Below, piece by piece: positions 25,894 to 38,718 of a stretch of 40,869 bases of DNA. The notes below the pieces were generated by a model. It saw only the letters and a list, made by a program, of their open reading frames with translations, made no database searches and had not been told where the DNA came from. The stretch is from Utricularia gibba (lineage: Eukaryota; Plantae; Magnoliophyta). How positions within the stretch are numbered: the first letter of the stretch is position 1; each line of letters starts with the position of its first letter. The position numbers and the translations under genes are program-made. The DNA lies in contig NEEC01000356.1 of NCBI GenBank assembly GCA_002189035.1, positions 1 through 40,869 on the forward strand. The letters run 5' to 3'.

Positions 25894-26842
25894 CATCCGG
25901 TTGACCTCAGAGCCATACATAATCGGGTCAAGACCAAGTTCCCAGCGAGACTGGCCGCCACAAAACGAGAAGCTGTTCCTTGAAAAAACCATGTAGGCAG
26001 CCCCCAAAAAACTGAACGTTAATAAATACATCACTTTATTTTCCGAGCTACAACTAACTCTCGGCGCAAGCCAAACCTGACCTTTGTCCCGTTCCAGGTG
26101 CACCCCAAGACCGCCTCCTCAAGTATAAAGTAAGTTGTTAAAAAAATCATGTGGGGTGCACGTGATATCGTAATTTAAACAAAGGCATCATTTTCTTTAA
26201 TCGATTTCCATCCGGTTGACCTCATGAGCCATACATAATCGGGGTCAAGGACCAAGTTCCCAGCGAGACTGGCCGCCACAAAAAACGAGAAGTGTTCCTT
26301 GAAAAACCATGTAGGCAGCCCCCAAAAACTGAACGTTAATAAATACATCACTTTATTTTCCGAGCTACAACTAACTCTCAGCGCAAGCCAAACCTGACCT
26401 TTGTCCCGTTCTAGGTGCACCCCAAGACCGCCTCCTCAAGTATAAAGCAAGTTGTTGAAAAAATCATGTGGGGTGCACGTGATATCGTAATTTAAACAAA
26501 GGCATCATTTTTTTTTAATCGATTTGCATCCGGTTGACCTCATGAGCATACATAATCGGGGGTCAAGGACCAAGTTCCCAGCGAGACTGGCCGCCACAAA
26601 ACGAGAAGCTGTTTCTTGAAAAACCATGTAGGTAGCCCCCAAAAACTGAACGTTAATAAATACATCACTTTATTTTTCGAGCTACAACTAACTCTCGGCG
26701 CAAGCCAAACCTGACCTTTGTCCCGTTCCAGGTGCACCCCAAGACCGCCTCCTCAAGTATAAAGTAAGTTGTTGAAAAAATCATGTGGGGTGCACGTGAT
26801 ATCGTAATTTAAACAAAGGCATCATTTTCTTTAATCGATTTC

Positions 26843-28104
26843 CATCCGGTTGACCTCATGAGCCATACATAATCGGGGTCAAGGACCAAGTTCCCAGCGA
26901 GACTGGCCGCCACAAAAACGAGAAGCTGTTCCTTGAAAAACCATGTAGGCAGCCCCAAAAAACTGAACGTTAATAAATACATCACTTTATTTTCCGAGCT
27001 ACAACTAACTCTCGGCGCAAGCCAAACCTGACCTTTGTCCCGTTCTAGGTGCACCCCAAGACCGCCTCCTCAAGTATAAAGTAAGTTGTTGAAAAAATCA
27101 TGGGGTGCACGTGATATCGTAATTTAAACAAAGGCATCATTTTTTTTAATCAATTTGCATCCGGTTGACCTCATGAGCAATACATAATCGGGGTCAAGGA
27201 CCAAGTTCCCAGCGAGACTGGCCGCCACAAAACGAGAAGCTGTTCCTTGAAAAACCATGTAGGCAGCCCCCCAAAACTGAACGTTAATAAATACATCACT
27301 TTATTTTCCGAGCTACAACTAACTCTCAACGCAAGCCAAACCTGACCTTTGTCCCGTTCTAGGTGCACCCCAAGACCGCCTCCTCAAGTATAAAGTAAGT
27401 TGTTGAAAAAATCATGTGGGGTGCACGTGATATCGTAATTTAAACAAAGGCATCATTTTTTTTAATCAATTTGCATCCGGTTGACCTCATGAGCAATACA
27501 TAATCGCGGTCAAGGACCAAGTTCCCAGCGAGACTGGCCGCCACAAAACGAGAAGCTGTTTCTTGAAAAACCATGTAGGTAGCCCCCAAAAACTGAACGT
27601 TAATAAATACATCACTTTATTTGCCGTGTTACAACTAACTCTAGGCGCAAGCCAAACCTGACCTTTGTCCCGTTCCAGGTGCACCCCAAGACCGCCTCCA
27701 CAAGTATAAAGCAAGTTGTTGAAAAAATCATGTGGGGTGCACGTGATATCGTAATTTAAAGAAAGGCATCATTTTCTTTAATCGATTTCCATCCGGTTGA
27801 CCTCATGAGCCATAAAGAATCGGGGGCCCGTACCAAGTTCCTAGTGAGACTGGCCGCCACAAAACGAGAAGCTGTACCTTGAAAAACCATGTAGGCAGCC
27901 CCCGAAAACCGAACGTTAAGAAATACATCACATTCTTTGCCGGGCTACAACTAACTCTCGGCGCAAGCCAAAACTGACCTTTGTCCCGTTCTAGGTGCAC
28001 CCCAGACCGCCTCCTCAAGTATAAAGTAAGTTGTTGAAAAAATCATGTGGGGTGCACGTGATATCGTAATTTAAACAATGGCATCATTTTTTTTTATCAA
28101 TTTG
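26843..28104 (+). repeat. Four-monomer higher-order unit P-Q-R-X (instance)
   Basis: Units at 26843 (ccatacata), 27158 (ctcaacgc), 27474 (R alleles) and 27790 (X alleles). Confidence 0.7.
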
Positions 28105-29050
28105 CATCCGGTTGACCTCATGAGCAATACATAATCGGGTCAAGGACCAAGTTCCCAGCGAGACTGGCCGCCACAAAACGAGAAGCTGTTCCTTGAAAAA
28201 CCATCTAGGCAGCCCCCCAAAACTGAACGTTAATAAATACATCACTTTATTTTCCGAGTTACAACTAAATCTCAACGCAAGCCAAACCTGACCTTTGTCC
28301 CGTTCTAGGTGCACCCCAAGACCGCCTCCTCAAGTATAAAGCAAGTTGTTGAAAAAATCATGTGGGGTGCACGTGATATCGTAATTTAAACAAAGGCATC
28401 ATTTTTTTTAATCAATTTGCATCCGGTTGACCTCATGAGCAATACATAATCGCGGTCAAGGACCAAGTTCCCAGCGAGACTGGCCGCCACAAAACGAGAA
28501 GCTGTTTCTTGAAAAACCATGTAGGTAGCCCCCAAAAACTGAACGTTAATAAATACATCACTTTATTTTCCGTGTTACAACTAACTCTAGGCGCAAGCCA
28601 AACCTGACCTTTGTCCCGTTCCAGGTGCACCCCAAGACCGCCTCCACAAGTATAAAGCAAGTTGTTGAAAAAATCATGTGGGGTGCACGTGATATCGTAA
28701 TTTAAAGAAAGGCATCATTTTCTTTAATCGATTTCCATCCGGTTGACCTCATGAGCCATAAAGAATCGGGGCCCGTACCAAGTTCCTAGTGAGACTGGCC
28801 GCCACTAAACGAGAAGCTGTACCTTGAAAAACCATGTAGGCAGCCCCCGAAAACCGAACGTTAAGAAATACATCACATTCTTTGTCGGGCTACAACTAAC
28901 TCTCGGCGCAAGCCAAACCTGACCTTTGTCCCGTTCCAGGTGCACCCCAAGACCGCCTCCTCAAGTATAAAGTAAGTTGTTGAAAAAATCATGTGGGGTG
29001 CACGTGATATCGTAATTTAAACAAAGGCATCATTTTCTTTAATCGATTTC

Positions 29051-30308
29051 CATCCGGTTGACCTCATGAGCCATACATAATCGGGGTCAAGGACCAAGTT
29101 CCCAGCGAGACTCGCCGCCACAAAAACGAGAAGCTGTTCCTTGAAAAACCATGTAGGCAGCCCCCAAAACTGAACGTTAATAAATACATCACTTTATTTC
29201 CGAGCTACAACTAACTCTCGGCGCAAGCCAAACCTGACCTTTGTCCCGTTCTAGGTGCACCCCAAGACCGCCTCCTCAAGTATAAAGTAAGTTGTCGAAA
29301 AAATCATGTGGGGTGCACGTGATATCGTAATTTAAACAAAGGCATCATTTTTTTTAATCAATTTGCATCCGGTTGACCTCATGAGCAATACATAATCGGG
29401 GTCAAGGACCAAGTTCCCAGCGAGACTGGCCGCCACAAAACGAGAAGCTGTTCCTTGAAAAACCATGTAGGCAGCCCCCCAAAACTGAACGTTAATAAAT
29501 ACATCACTTTATTTTCCGAGCTACAACTAACTCTCAACGCAAGCCAAACCTGACCTTTGTCCCGTTCTAGGTGCACCCCAAGACCGCCTCCTCAAGTATA
29601 AAGTAAGTTGTTGAAAAAATCATGTGGGGTGCACGTGATATCGTAATTTAAACAAGGCATCATTTTTTTTAATCAATTTGCATCCGGTTGACCTCATGAG
29701 CAATACATAATCGGGGTCAAGGACCAAGTTCCCAGCGAGACTGGCCGCCACAAAACGAGAAGCTGTTTTTGAAAAACCATGTAGGTAGCCCCCCAAAAAC
29801 TGAACGTTAATAAATACATCACTTTATTTGCCGTGTTACAACTAACTCTAGGCGCAAGCCAAACCTGACCTTTGTCCCGTTCCAGGTGCACCCCAAGACC
29901 GCCTCCACAAGTATAAAGCAAGTTGTTGAAAAAATCATGTGGGGTGCACGTGATATCGTAATTTAAAGAAAGGCATCATTTTCTTTAATCGATTTCCATC
30001 CGGTTGACCTCATGAGCCATACAGAATCGGGGGGACCAAGTTCCCTAGCGAGACTGGCCGCCACAAAACGAGAAGCTGTTTCTTGAAAAACCATGTAGGT
30101 AGCCCCCAAAAACTGAACGTTAATAAATACATCACTTTATTTTCCGTGTTACAACTAACTCTCGGCGCAAGCCAAACCTGACCTTTGTCCCGTTCCAGGT
30201 GCACCCCAAGACCGCCTCCACAAGTATAAAGCAAGTTGTTGAAAAAATCATGTGGGTGCACGTGATATCGTAATTTAAAGAAAGGCATCATTTTCTTTAA
30301 TCGATTTC
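29051..30308 (+). repeat. Four-monomer higher-order unit P-Q-R-(X-like) (instance)
   Basis: Units at 29051 (ccatacata, gactcgcc), 29366 (ctcaacgc), 29681 (R alleles) and 29997 (partial X: gggggacc...ccctagcg). Confidence 0.6.
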
Positions 30309-33300
30309 CATCCGGTTGACCTCATGAGCCATACAGAATCGGGGTCTAGGACCAAGTTCCCAGCGAGACTGGCCGCCACAAAACGAGAAGCTGTTCCTTG
30401 AAAAACCATGTAGGCAGCCCCCAAAAACTGAACGTTAATAAATACATCACTTTATTTGCCGAGCTACAACTAACTCTCGGCGCAAGCCAAACCTGACCTT
30501 TGTCCCGTTCAGGTGCACCCCAAGACCGCCTCCTCAAGTATAAAGTAAGTTGTTGAAAAAATCATGTGGGGTGCACGTGATATCGTAATTTAAACAAAGG
30601 CATCATTTTTTTTTAATCAATTTGCATCCGGTTGACCTCATGAGCAATACATAATCGCGGTCAAGACCAAGTTCCCAGCGAGACTGGCCGCCACAAAACG
30701 AGAAGCTGTTTTCTTGAAAAACCATGTAGGTAGCCCCCAAAAACTGAACGTTAATAAATACATCACTTTATTTTCCGTGCTACAACTAACTCTAGCGCAA
30801 GCCAAACCTGACCTTTGTCCCGTTCCAGGTGCACCCCAAGACCGCCTCCTCAAGTATAAAGTAAGTTGTTGAAAAAATCATGTGGGTGCACGTGATATCG
30901 TAATTTAAACAAAGGCATCATTTTCTTTAATCGATTTCCATCCGGTTGACCTCACGAGCCATACATAATCGGGGTCAAGGACCAAGTTCCCAGCGAGACT
31001 GCCGCCACAAAAACGAGAAGCTGTTCCTTGAAAAACCATGTAGGCAGCCCCAAAAACTGAACGTTAATAAATAAATCACTTTTTTTCCGAGCTACAACTA
31101 ACTCTCGGCGCAAGCCAAACCTGACCTTTGTCCCGTTCTAGGTGCACCCAAGACCGCCTCCTCAAGTATAAAGCAAGTTGTTGAAAAAATCATGTGGGGT
31201 GCACGTGATATCGTAATTTAAACAAAGGCATCATTTTTTTTAATCGATTTGCATCCGGTTGACCTCATGAGCATACATAATCGGGGTCAAGGACCAAGTT
31301 CCCAGCGAGACTGGCCGCCACAAAACGAGAAGCTGTTCCTTGAAAAACCATGTAGGCAGCCCCCCAAAACTGAACGTTAATAAATACATCACTTTATTTT
31401 CCGAGCTACAACTAAATCTCAACGCAAGCCAAACCTGACCTTTGTCCCGTTCTAGGTGCACCCCAAGACCGCCTCCTCAAGTATAAAAGTTGTTGAAAAA
31501 ATCATGTGGGGTGCACGTGATATCGTAATTTAAACAAAGGCATCATTTTTTTTTAATCAATTTGCATCCGGTTGACCTCATGAGCAATACAAATCGGGTC
31601 AAGGACCAAGTTCCCAGCGAGACTGGCCGCCACAAAACGAGAAGCTGTTCTTGAAAAACCATGTAGGCAGCCCCCAAAAACTGAACGTTAATAAATACAT
31701 CACTTTATTTTCCGTTACAACTAACTCTAGGCGCAAGCCAAACCTGACCTTTGTCCGTTCCAGGTGCACCCCAAGACCGCCTCACAAGTATAAAGCAAGT
31801 TGTTGAAAAAATCATGTGGGGTGCACGTGATATCGTAATTTAAAGAAAGGCATCATTTTCTTTAATCGATTTCCATCCGGTTGACCTCATGAGCCATACA
31901 GAATCGGGGTCAAGGACCAAGTTCCCAGCGAGACTGCCGCCACAAAACGAGAAGCTGTTCCTTGAAAAACCATGTAGGCAGCCCCCAAAAACTGAACGTT
32001 AATAAATACATCACTTTATTTGCCGAGCTACAACTAACTCTCGGCGCAAGCCAAACCTGACCTTTGTCCCGTTCCAGGTGCACCCCAAGACCGCCTCCTC
32101 AAGTATAAAGTAAGTTGTTGAAAAAATCATGTGGGGTGCACGTGATATCGTAATTTAAACAAAGGCATCATTTTTTTTTAATCAATTTGCATCCGGTTGA
32201 CCTCATGAGCAATACATAATCGGGGTCAAGGACCAAGTTCCCAGCGAGACTGCCGCACAAAAACGAGAAGCTGTTCCTTGAAAAACCATGTAGGCCCCCA
32301 AAAACTGAACGTTAATAAATAAATCACTTTATTTTCCGAGGCAGCACAACGCCGTGACAGGTGCACCCCAAGACCGCCTCCTCAAGTATAAAGTAAGTTG
32401 TCGAAAAAATCATGTGGGGTGCACGTGATATCGTAATTTAAACAAAGGCATCATTTTCTTTAATCGATTTCCATCCGGTTGACCTCAGAGCATACAATCG
32501 GGGTCAAGGACCAAGTTCCCAGCGAGACTGCCGCCACAAAAACGAGAAGCTGTTCCTTGAAAAACCATGTAGGCAGCCCCAAAAACTGAACGTTAATAAA
32601 TACATCACTTTTTTCCGAGCTACAACTAACTCTCGGCGCAAGCCAAACTGACCTTTGTCCCGTTCTAGGTGCACCCCAAGACCGCCTCCTCAAGTATAAA
32701 GCAAGTTGTTGAAAAAATCATGTGGGGTGCACGTGATATCGTAATTTAAACAAAGGCATCATTTTTTTTAATCGATTTGCATCCGGTTGACCTCATGAGC
32801 AATACATAATCGGGGTCAAGGACCAAGTTCCCAGCGAGACTGGCCGCCACAAAACGAGAAGCTGTTCTTGAAAAACCATGTAGGCAGCCCCCAAAACTGA
32901 ACGTTAATAAATACATCACTTTATTTTCCGAGCTACAACTAACTCTCACGCAAGCCAAACCTGACCTTTGTCCCGTTCCAGGTGCACCCAAGACCGCCTC
33001 CTCAAGTATAAAGTAAGTTGTTGAAAAAATCATGTGGGGTGCACGTGATATCGTAATTTAATCATAATCGATTTCCATCCGGTTGACCTCATGAGCCATA
33101 CATAATCGGGGTCAAGGACCAAGTTCCCAGCGAGACTGGCCGCCACAAAACGAGAAGCTGTTTCTTGAAAAACCATGTAGGTAGCCCCCAAAAACTGAAC
33201 GTTAATAAATACATCACTTTATTTTCCGTGTTACAACTAACTCTCGGCGCAAGCCAAACCTGACCTTTGTCCCGTTCCAGGTGCACCCCAAGACCGCCTC

Positions 33301-36300
33301 CTCAAGTATAAAGCAAGTTGTTGAAAAAATCATGTGGGGTGCACGTGATATCGTAATTTAAAGAAAGGCATCATTTTCTTTAATCGATTTCCATCCGGTT
33401 GACCTCATGAGCCATACAGAATCGGGGTCAAGGACCAAGTTCCCAGCGAGACTGGCCGCCACAAAACGAGAAGCTGTTCCTTGAAAAACCATGTAGGCAG
33501 CCCCCAAAAACTGAACGTTAATAAATACATCACTTTATTTTCCGAGCTACAACTAACTCTCGGCGCAAGCCAAACCTGACCTTTGTCCCGTTCCAGGTGC
33601 ACCCAAGACCGCCTCCTCAAGTATAAAGTAAGTTGTTGAAAAAATCATGTGGGGTGCACGTGATATCGTAATTTAAACAAAGGCATCATTTTTTTAATCA
33701 ATTTGCATCCGGTTGACCTCATGAGCAATACATAATCGGGTCAAGGACCAAGTTCCCAGCGAGACTGCGCCACAAAACGAGAAGCTGTTCCTTGAAAAAC
33801 CATGTAGGCAGCCCCCAAAAACTGAACGTTAATAAATACATCACTTTATTTTCCGAGCTACAACTAACTCTCGGCGCAAGCCAAACCTGACCTTTGTCCC
33901 GTTCCAGGTGCACCCCAAGACCGCCTCCTCAAGTATAAAGTAAGTTGTTGAAAAAATCATGTGGGGTGCACGTGATATCGTAATTTAAACAAAGGCATCA
34001 TTTTTTTTAATCGATTTGCATCCGGTTGACCTCATGAGCAATACATAATCGGGGTCAAGGACCAAGTTCCCAGCGAGACTGGCCGCCACAAAACGAGAAG
34101 CTTCCTTGAAAAACCATGTAGGCAGCCCCGAAAACTGAACGTTAATAAATACATCACTTTATTTGCCGAGCTACAACTAACTCTCGGCGCAAGCCAAACC
34201 TGACCTTTGTCCCGTTCCAGGTGCACCCCAAGACCGCTCCTCAAGTATAAAGCAAGTTGTTGAAAAAATCATGTGGGGTGCACGTGATATCGTAATTTAA
34301 ACAAAGGCATCATTTTCTTTAATCGATTTCCATCCGGTTGACCTCATGAGCCATACAGAATCGGGGTCAAGGACAACTTCCCAGCGAGACTGGCCGCCCA
34401 CAAAACGAGAAGCGTTCCTTGAAAAACCATGTAGGCAGCCCCAAAACTGAACGTTAATAAATACATCACTTTATTTGCCGAGTTACAACTAACTCTCGGC
34501 GCAAGCCAAACCTGACCTTTGTCCCGTTCTAGGTGCACCCCAAGACCGCCTCCACAAGTATAAAGCAAGTTGTTGAAAAAATCATGTGGGGTGCACGTGA
34601 TATCGTAATTTAAAGAAAGGCATCATTTTTTAATCGATTTCATCCGGTTGACCTCATGAGCCATACAGAATCGGGGTCAAGGACCAAGTTCCCAGCGAGA
34701 CTGGCCGCCACAAAACGAGAAGCTGTTCTTGAAAAACCATGTAGGTAGCCCCCAAAACTGAACGTTAATAAATACATCACTTTATTTGCCGTGTTACAAC
34801 TAACTCTCGGCGCAAGCCAAACCTGACCTTTGTCCCGTTCCAGGTGCACCCAAGACCGCCTCCACAAGTATAAGCAAGTTGTTGAAAAAATCATGTGGGG
34901 TGCACGTGATATCGTAATTTAAAGAAAGGCATCATTTTCTTTAATCGATTTCCATCCGGTTGACCTCATGAGCAATACATAATCGGGTCAAGGACCAAGT
35001 TCCCAGCGAGACTGGCCGCCACAAAACGAGAAGCTGTTCTTGAAAAACATGTAGGTAGCCCCAAAAACTGAACGTTAATAAATACATCACTTTATTTTCC
35101 GAGTTACAACTAACTCTAGGCGCAAGCCAAACCTGACCTTGTCCCGTTCCAGGTGCACCCCAAGACCGCCTCCTCAAGTATAAAGCAAGTTGTTGAAAAA
35201 ATCATGTGGGGTGCACGTGATATCGTAATTTAAAAAAGGCATCATTTTCTTTAATCGATTTCCATCCGGTTGACCTCATGAGCCATACAGAATCGGGGTC
35301 AAGGACCAAGTTCCCAGCGAGACTGGCCGCCACAAAACGAGAAGCTGTTCCTTGAAAAACCATGTAGGCAGCCCCCAAAAACTGAACGTTAATAAATACA
35401 TCACTTTATTTGCCGAGCTACAACTAACTCTCGCGCAAGCCAAACCTGACCTTTGTCCCGTTCCAGGTGCACCCCAAGACCGCCTCCTCAAGTATAAAGT
35501 AAGTTGTTGAAAAAATCATGTGGGGGTGCACGTGATATCGTAATTTAAACAAAGGCATCATTTTTTTTTAATCGATTTGCATCCGGTTGACCTCATGAGC
35601 CATACATAATCGGGGTCAAGGACCAAGTTCCCAGCGAGACTGGCCGCCACAAAACGAGAAGCTGTTCCTTGAAAAACCATGTAGGCAGCCCCCAAAAACT
35701 GAACGTTAATAAATAAATCACTTTATTTTCCGAGCTACAACTAACTCTCGCGCAAGCCAAACCTGACCTTTGTCCCGTTCTAGGTGCACCCCAAGACCGC
35801 CTCCTCAAGTATAAAGTAAGTTGTTGAAAAAATCATGTGGGGTGCACGTGATATCGTAATTTAAACAAGGCATCATTTTTTTTAATCAATTTGCATCCGG
35901 TTGACCTCATGAGCAATACATAATCGCGGTCAAGGACCAAGTTCCCAGCGAGACTGGCCGCACAAAACGAGAAGCGGTTCCTTGAAAAACCATGTAGGCA
36001 GCCCCAAAACTGAACGTTAATAAATACATCACTTTATTTGCCGTGTTACAACTAACTCTCGGCGCAAGCCAAACCTGACCTTTGTCCCGTTCCAGGTGCA
36101 CCCAAGACCGCCTCCACAAGTATAAAGCAAGTTGTTGAAAAAATCATGTGGGGTGCACGTGATATCGTAATTTAAAGAAAGGCATCATTTTCTTTAATCG
36201 ATTTCCATCCGGTTGACCTCATGAGCCATACAGAATCGGGGTCAAGGACCAAGTTCCCAGCGAGACTGGCCACCACAAAAACGAGAAGCGGTTCCTTGAA

Positions 36301-37460
36301 AAACCATGTAGGCAGCCCCGAAAACTGAACGTTAATAAATACATCACTTTATTTGCCCGTGTTACAACTAACTCTCGGCGCAAGCCAAACCTGACCTTTG
36401 TCCCGTTCCAGGTGCACCCCAAGACCGCCTCCACAAGTATAAAGCAAGTTGTTGAAAAAATCATGTGGGGTGCACGTGATATCGTAATTTAAAGAAAGGC
36501 ATCATTTCTTTAATCGATTTCCATCCGGTTGACCTCATGAGCCATACAGAATCGGGGTCCAGGACCAAGTTCCCAGCGAGACTGGCCGCCACAAAACGAG
36601 AAGCTGTTTCTTGAAAAACCATGTAGGTAGCCCCCAAAAACTGAACGTTAATAAATACATCACTTTATTTGCCGTGTTACAACTAACTCTCGCGCAAGCC
36701 AAACCTGACCTTTGTCCCGTTCCAGGTGCACCCAAGACCGCCTCCTCAAGTATAAAGCAAGTTGTTGAAAAAATCATGTGGGGTGCACGTGATATCGTAA
36801 TTTAAAGAAAGGCATCATTTTCTTTAATCGATTTCCATCCGGTTGACCTCATGAGCATACAGAATCGGGGTCAGGACCAAGTTCCCAGCGAGACTGGCCG
36901 CCACAAAACGAGAAGCTGTTCTTGAAAAACCATGTAGGTAGCCCCCAAAAACTGAACGTTAATAAATACATCACTTTATTTGCCGTGTTACAACTAACTC
37001 TAGGCGCAAGCCAAACCTGACCTTTGTCCCGTTCCAGGTGCACCCCAAGACCGCCTCCACAAGTATAAAGCAAGTTGTTGAAAAAATCATGTGGGGTGCA
37101 CGTGATATCGTAATTTAAAGAAAGGCATCATTTTCTTTAATCGATTTCCATCCGGTTGACCTCATGAGCCATAAAGAATCGGGGGACCAAGTTCCCAGCG
37201 AGACTGGCCGCCACAAAACGAGAAGCTGTACCTTGAAAAACCATGTAGGTAGCCCCCAAAAACTGAACGTTAATAAATACATCACTTTATTTTCCGAGCT
37301 ACAACTAACTCTCGGCGCAAGCCAAACCTGACCTTTGTCCCGTTCCAGGTGCACCCCAAGACCGCCTCCTCAAGTATAAAGTAAGTTGTTGAAAAAATCA
37401 TGTGGGGTGCACGTGATATCGTAATTTAAACAAAGGCATCATTTTCTTTTAATCGATTTC

Positions 37461-38718
37461 CATCCGGTTGACCTCATGAGCCATACATAATCGGGGTCAA
37501 GGACCAAGTTCCCAGCGAGACTGCCGCCACAAAACGAGAAGCTGTTCCTTGAAAAACCATGTAGGCAGCCCCAAAAACTGAACGTTAATAAATAAATCAC
37601 TTTTTTTTCCGAGCTACAACTAACTCTCGGCGCAAGCCAAACCTGACCTTTGTCCCGTTCTAGGTGCACCCCAAGACCGCCTCCTCAAGTATAAAGCAAG
37701 TTGTTGAAAAAATCATGTGGGGTGCACGTGATATCGTAATTTAAACAAAGGCATCATTTTTTTTAATCGATTTCATCCGGTTGACCTCATGAGCAATACA
37801 TAATCGGGGTCAAGGACCAAGTTCCCAGCGAGACTGGCCGCCACAAAACGAGAAGCTGTTCCTTGAAAAACCATGTAGGCAGCCCCCAAAAACTGAACGT
37901 TAATAAATACATCACTTTATTTTCCGAGCTACAACTAACTCTCAACGCAAGCCAAACCTGACCTTTGTCCCGTTCCAGGTGCACCCCAAGACCGCCTCCA
38001 CAAGTATAAAGCAAGTTGTTGAAAAAATCATGTGGGGTGCACGTGATATCGTAATTTAAAGAAAGGCATCATTTTCTTTAATCGATTTCCATCCGGTTGA
38101 CCTCATGAGCCATACAGAATCGGGGTCAAGGACCAAGTTCCCAGCGAGACTGGCCGCCACAAAACGAGAAGCTGTTTCTTGAAAAACCATGTAGGTAGCC
38201 CCCAAAACTGAACGTTAATAAATACATCACTTTATTTGCCGTGTTACAACTAACTCTAGGCGCAAGCCAAACCTGACCTTTGTCCCGTTCCAGGTGCACC
38301 CCAAGACCGCCTCCACAAGTATAAAGCAAGTTGTTGAAAAAATCATGTGGGGTGCACGTGATATCGTAATTTAAAGAAAGGCATCATTTTCTTTAATCGA
38401 TTTCCATCCGGTTGACCTCATGAGCCATAAAGAAATCGGGGCCCGTACCAAGTTCCCAGTGAGACTGGCCGCCACAAAACGAGAAGCTGTTCCTTGAAAA
38501 ACCATGTAGGCAGCCCCAAAAACTGAACGTTAATAAATACATCACTTTATTTTCCGAGCTACAACTAACTCTCGGCGCAAGCCAAACCTGACCTTTGTCC
38601 CGTTCCAGGTGCACCCAAGACCGCCTCCTCAAGTATAAAGTAAGTTGTTGAAAAAATCATGTGGGGTGCACGTGATATCGTAATTTAAACAAAGGCATCA
38701 TTTTTTTTAATCGATTTG
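37461..38718 (+). repeat. Four-monomer higher-order unit P-Q-R-X (instance)
   Basis: Units at 37461 (ccatacata, aaataaatcac), 37774 (ctcaacgc), 38090 (R alleles) and 38405 (ccataaaga, ggggcccgtacc). Confidence 0.75.

Noticed and set aside
32341-32357. 17-bp foreign-looking patch gcagcacaacgccgtga replacing ~47 bp
   Set aside because: Single occurrence, net deletion and no target-site duplication. Most consistent with a local basecalling error.
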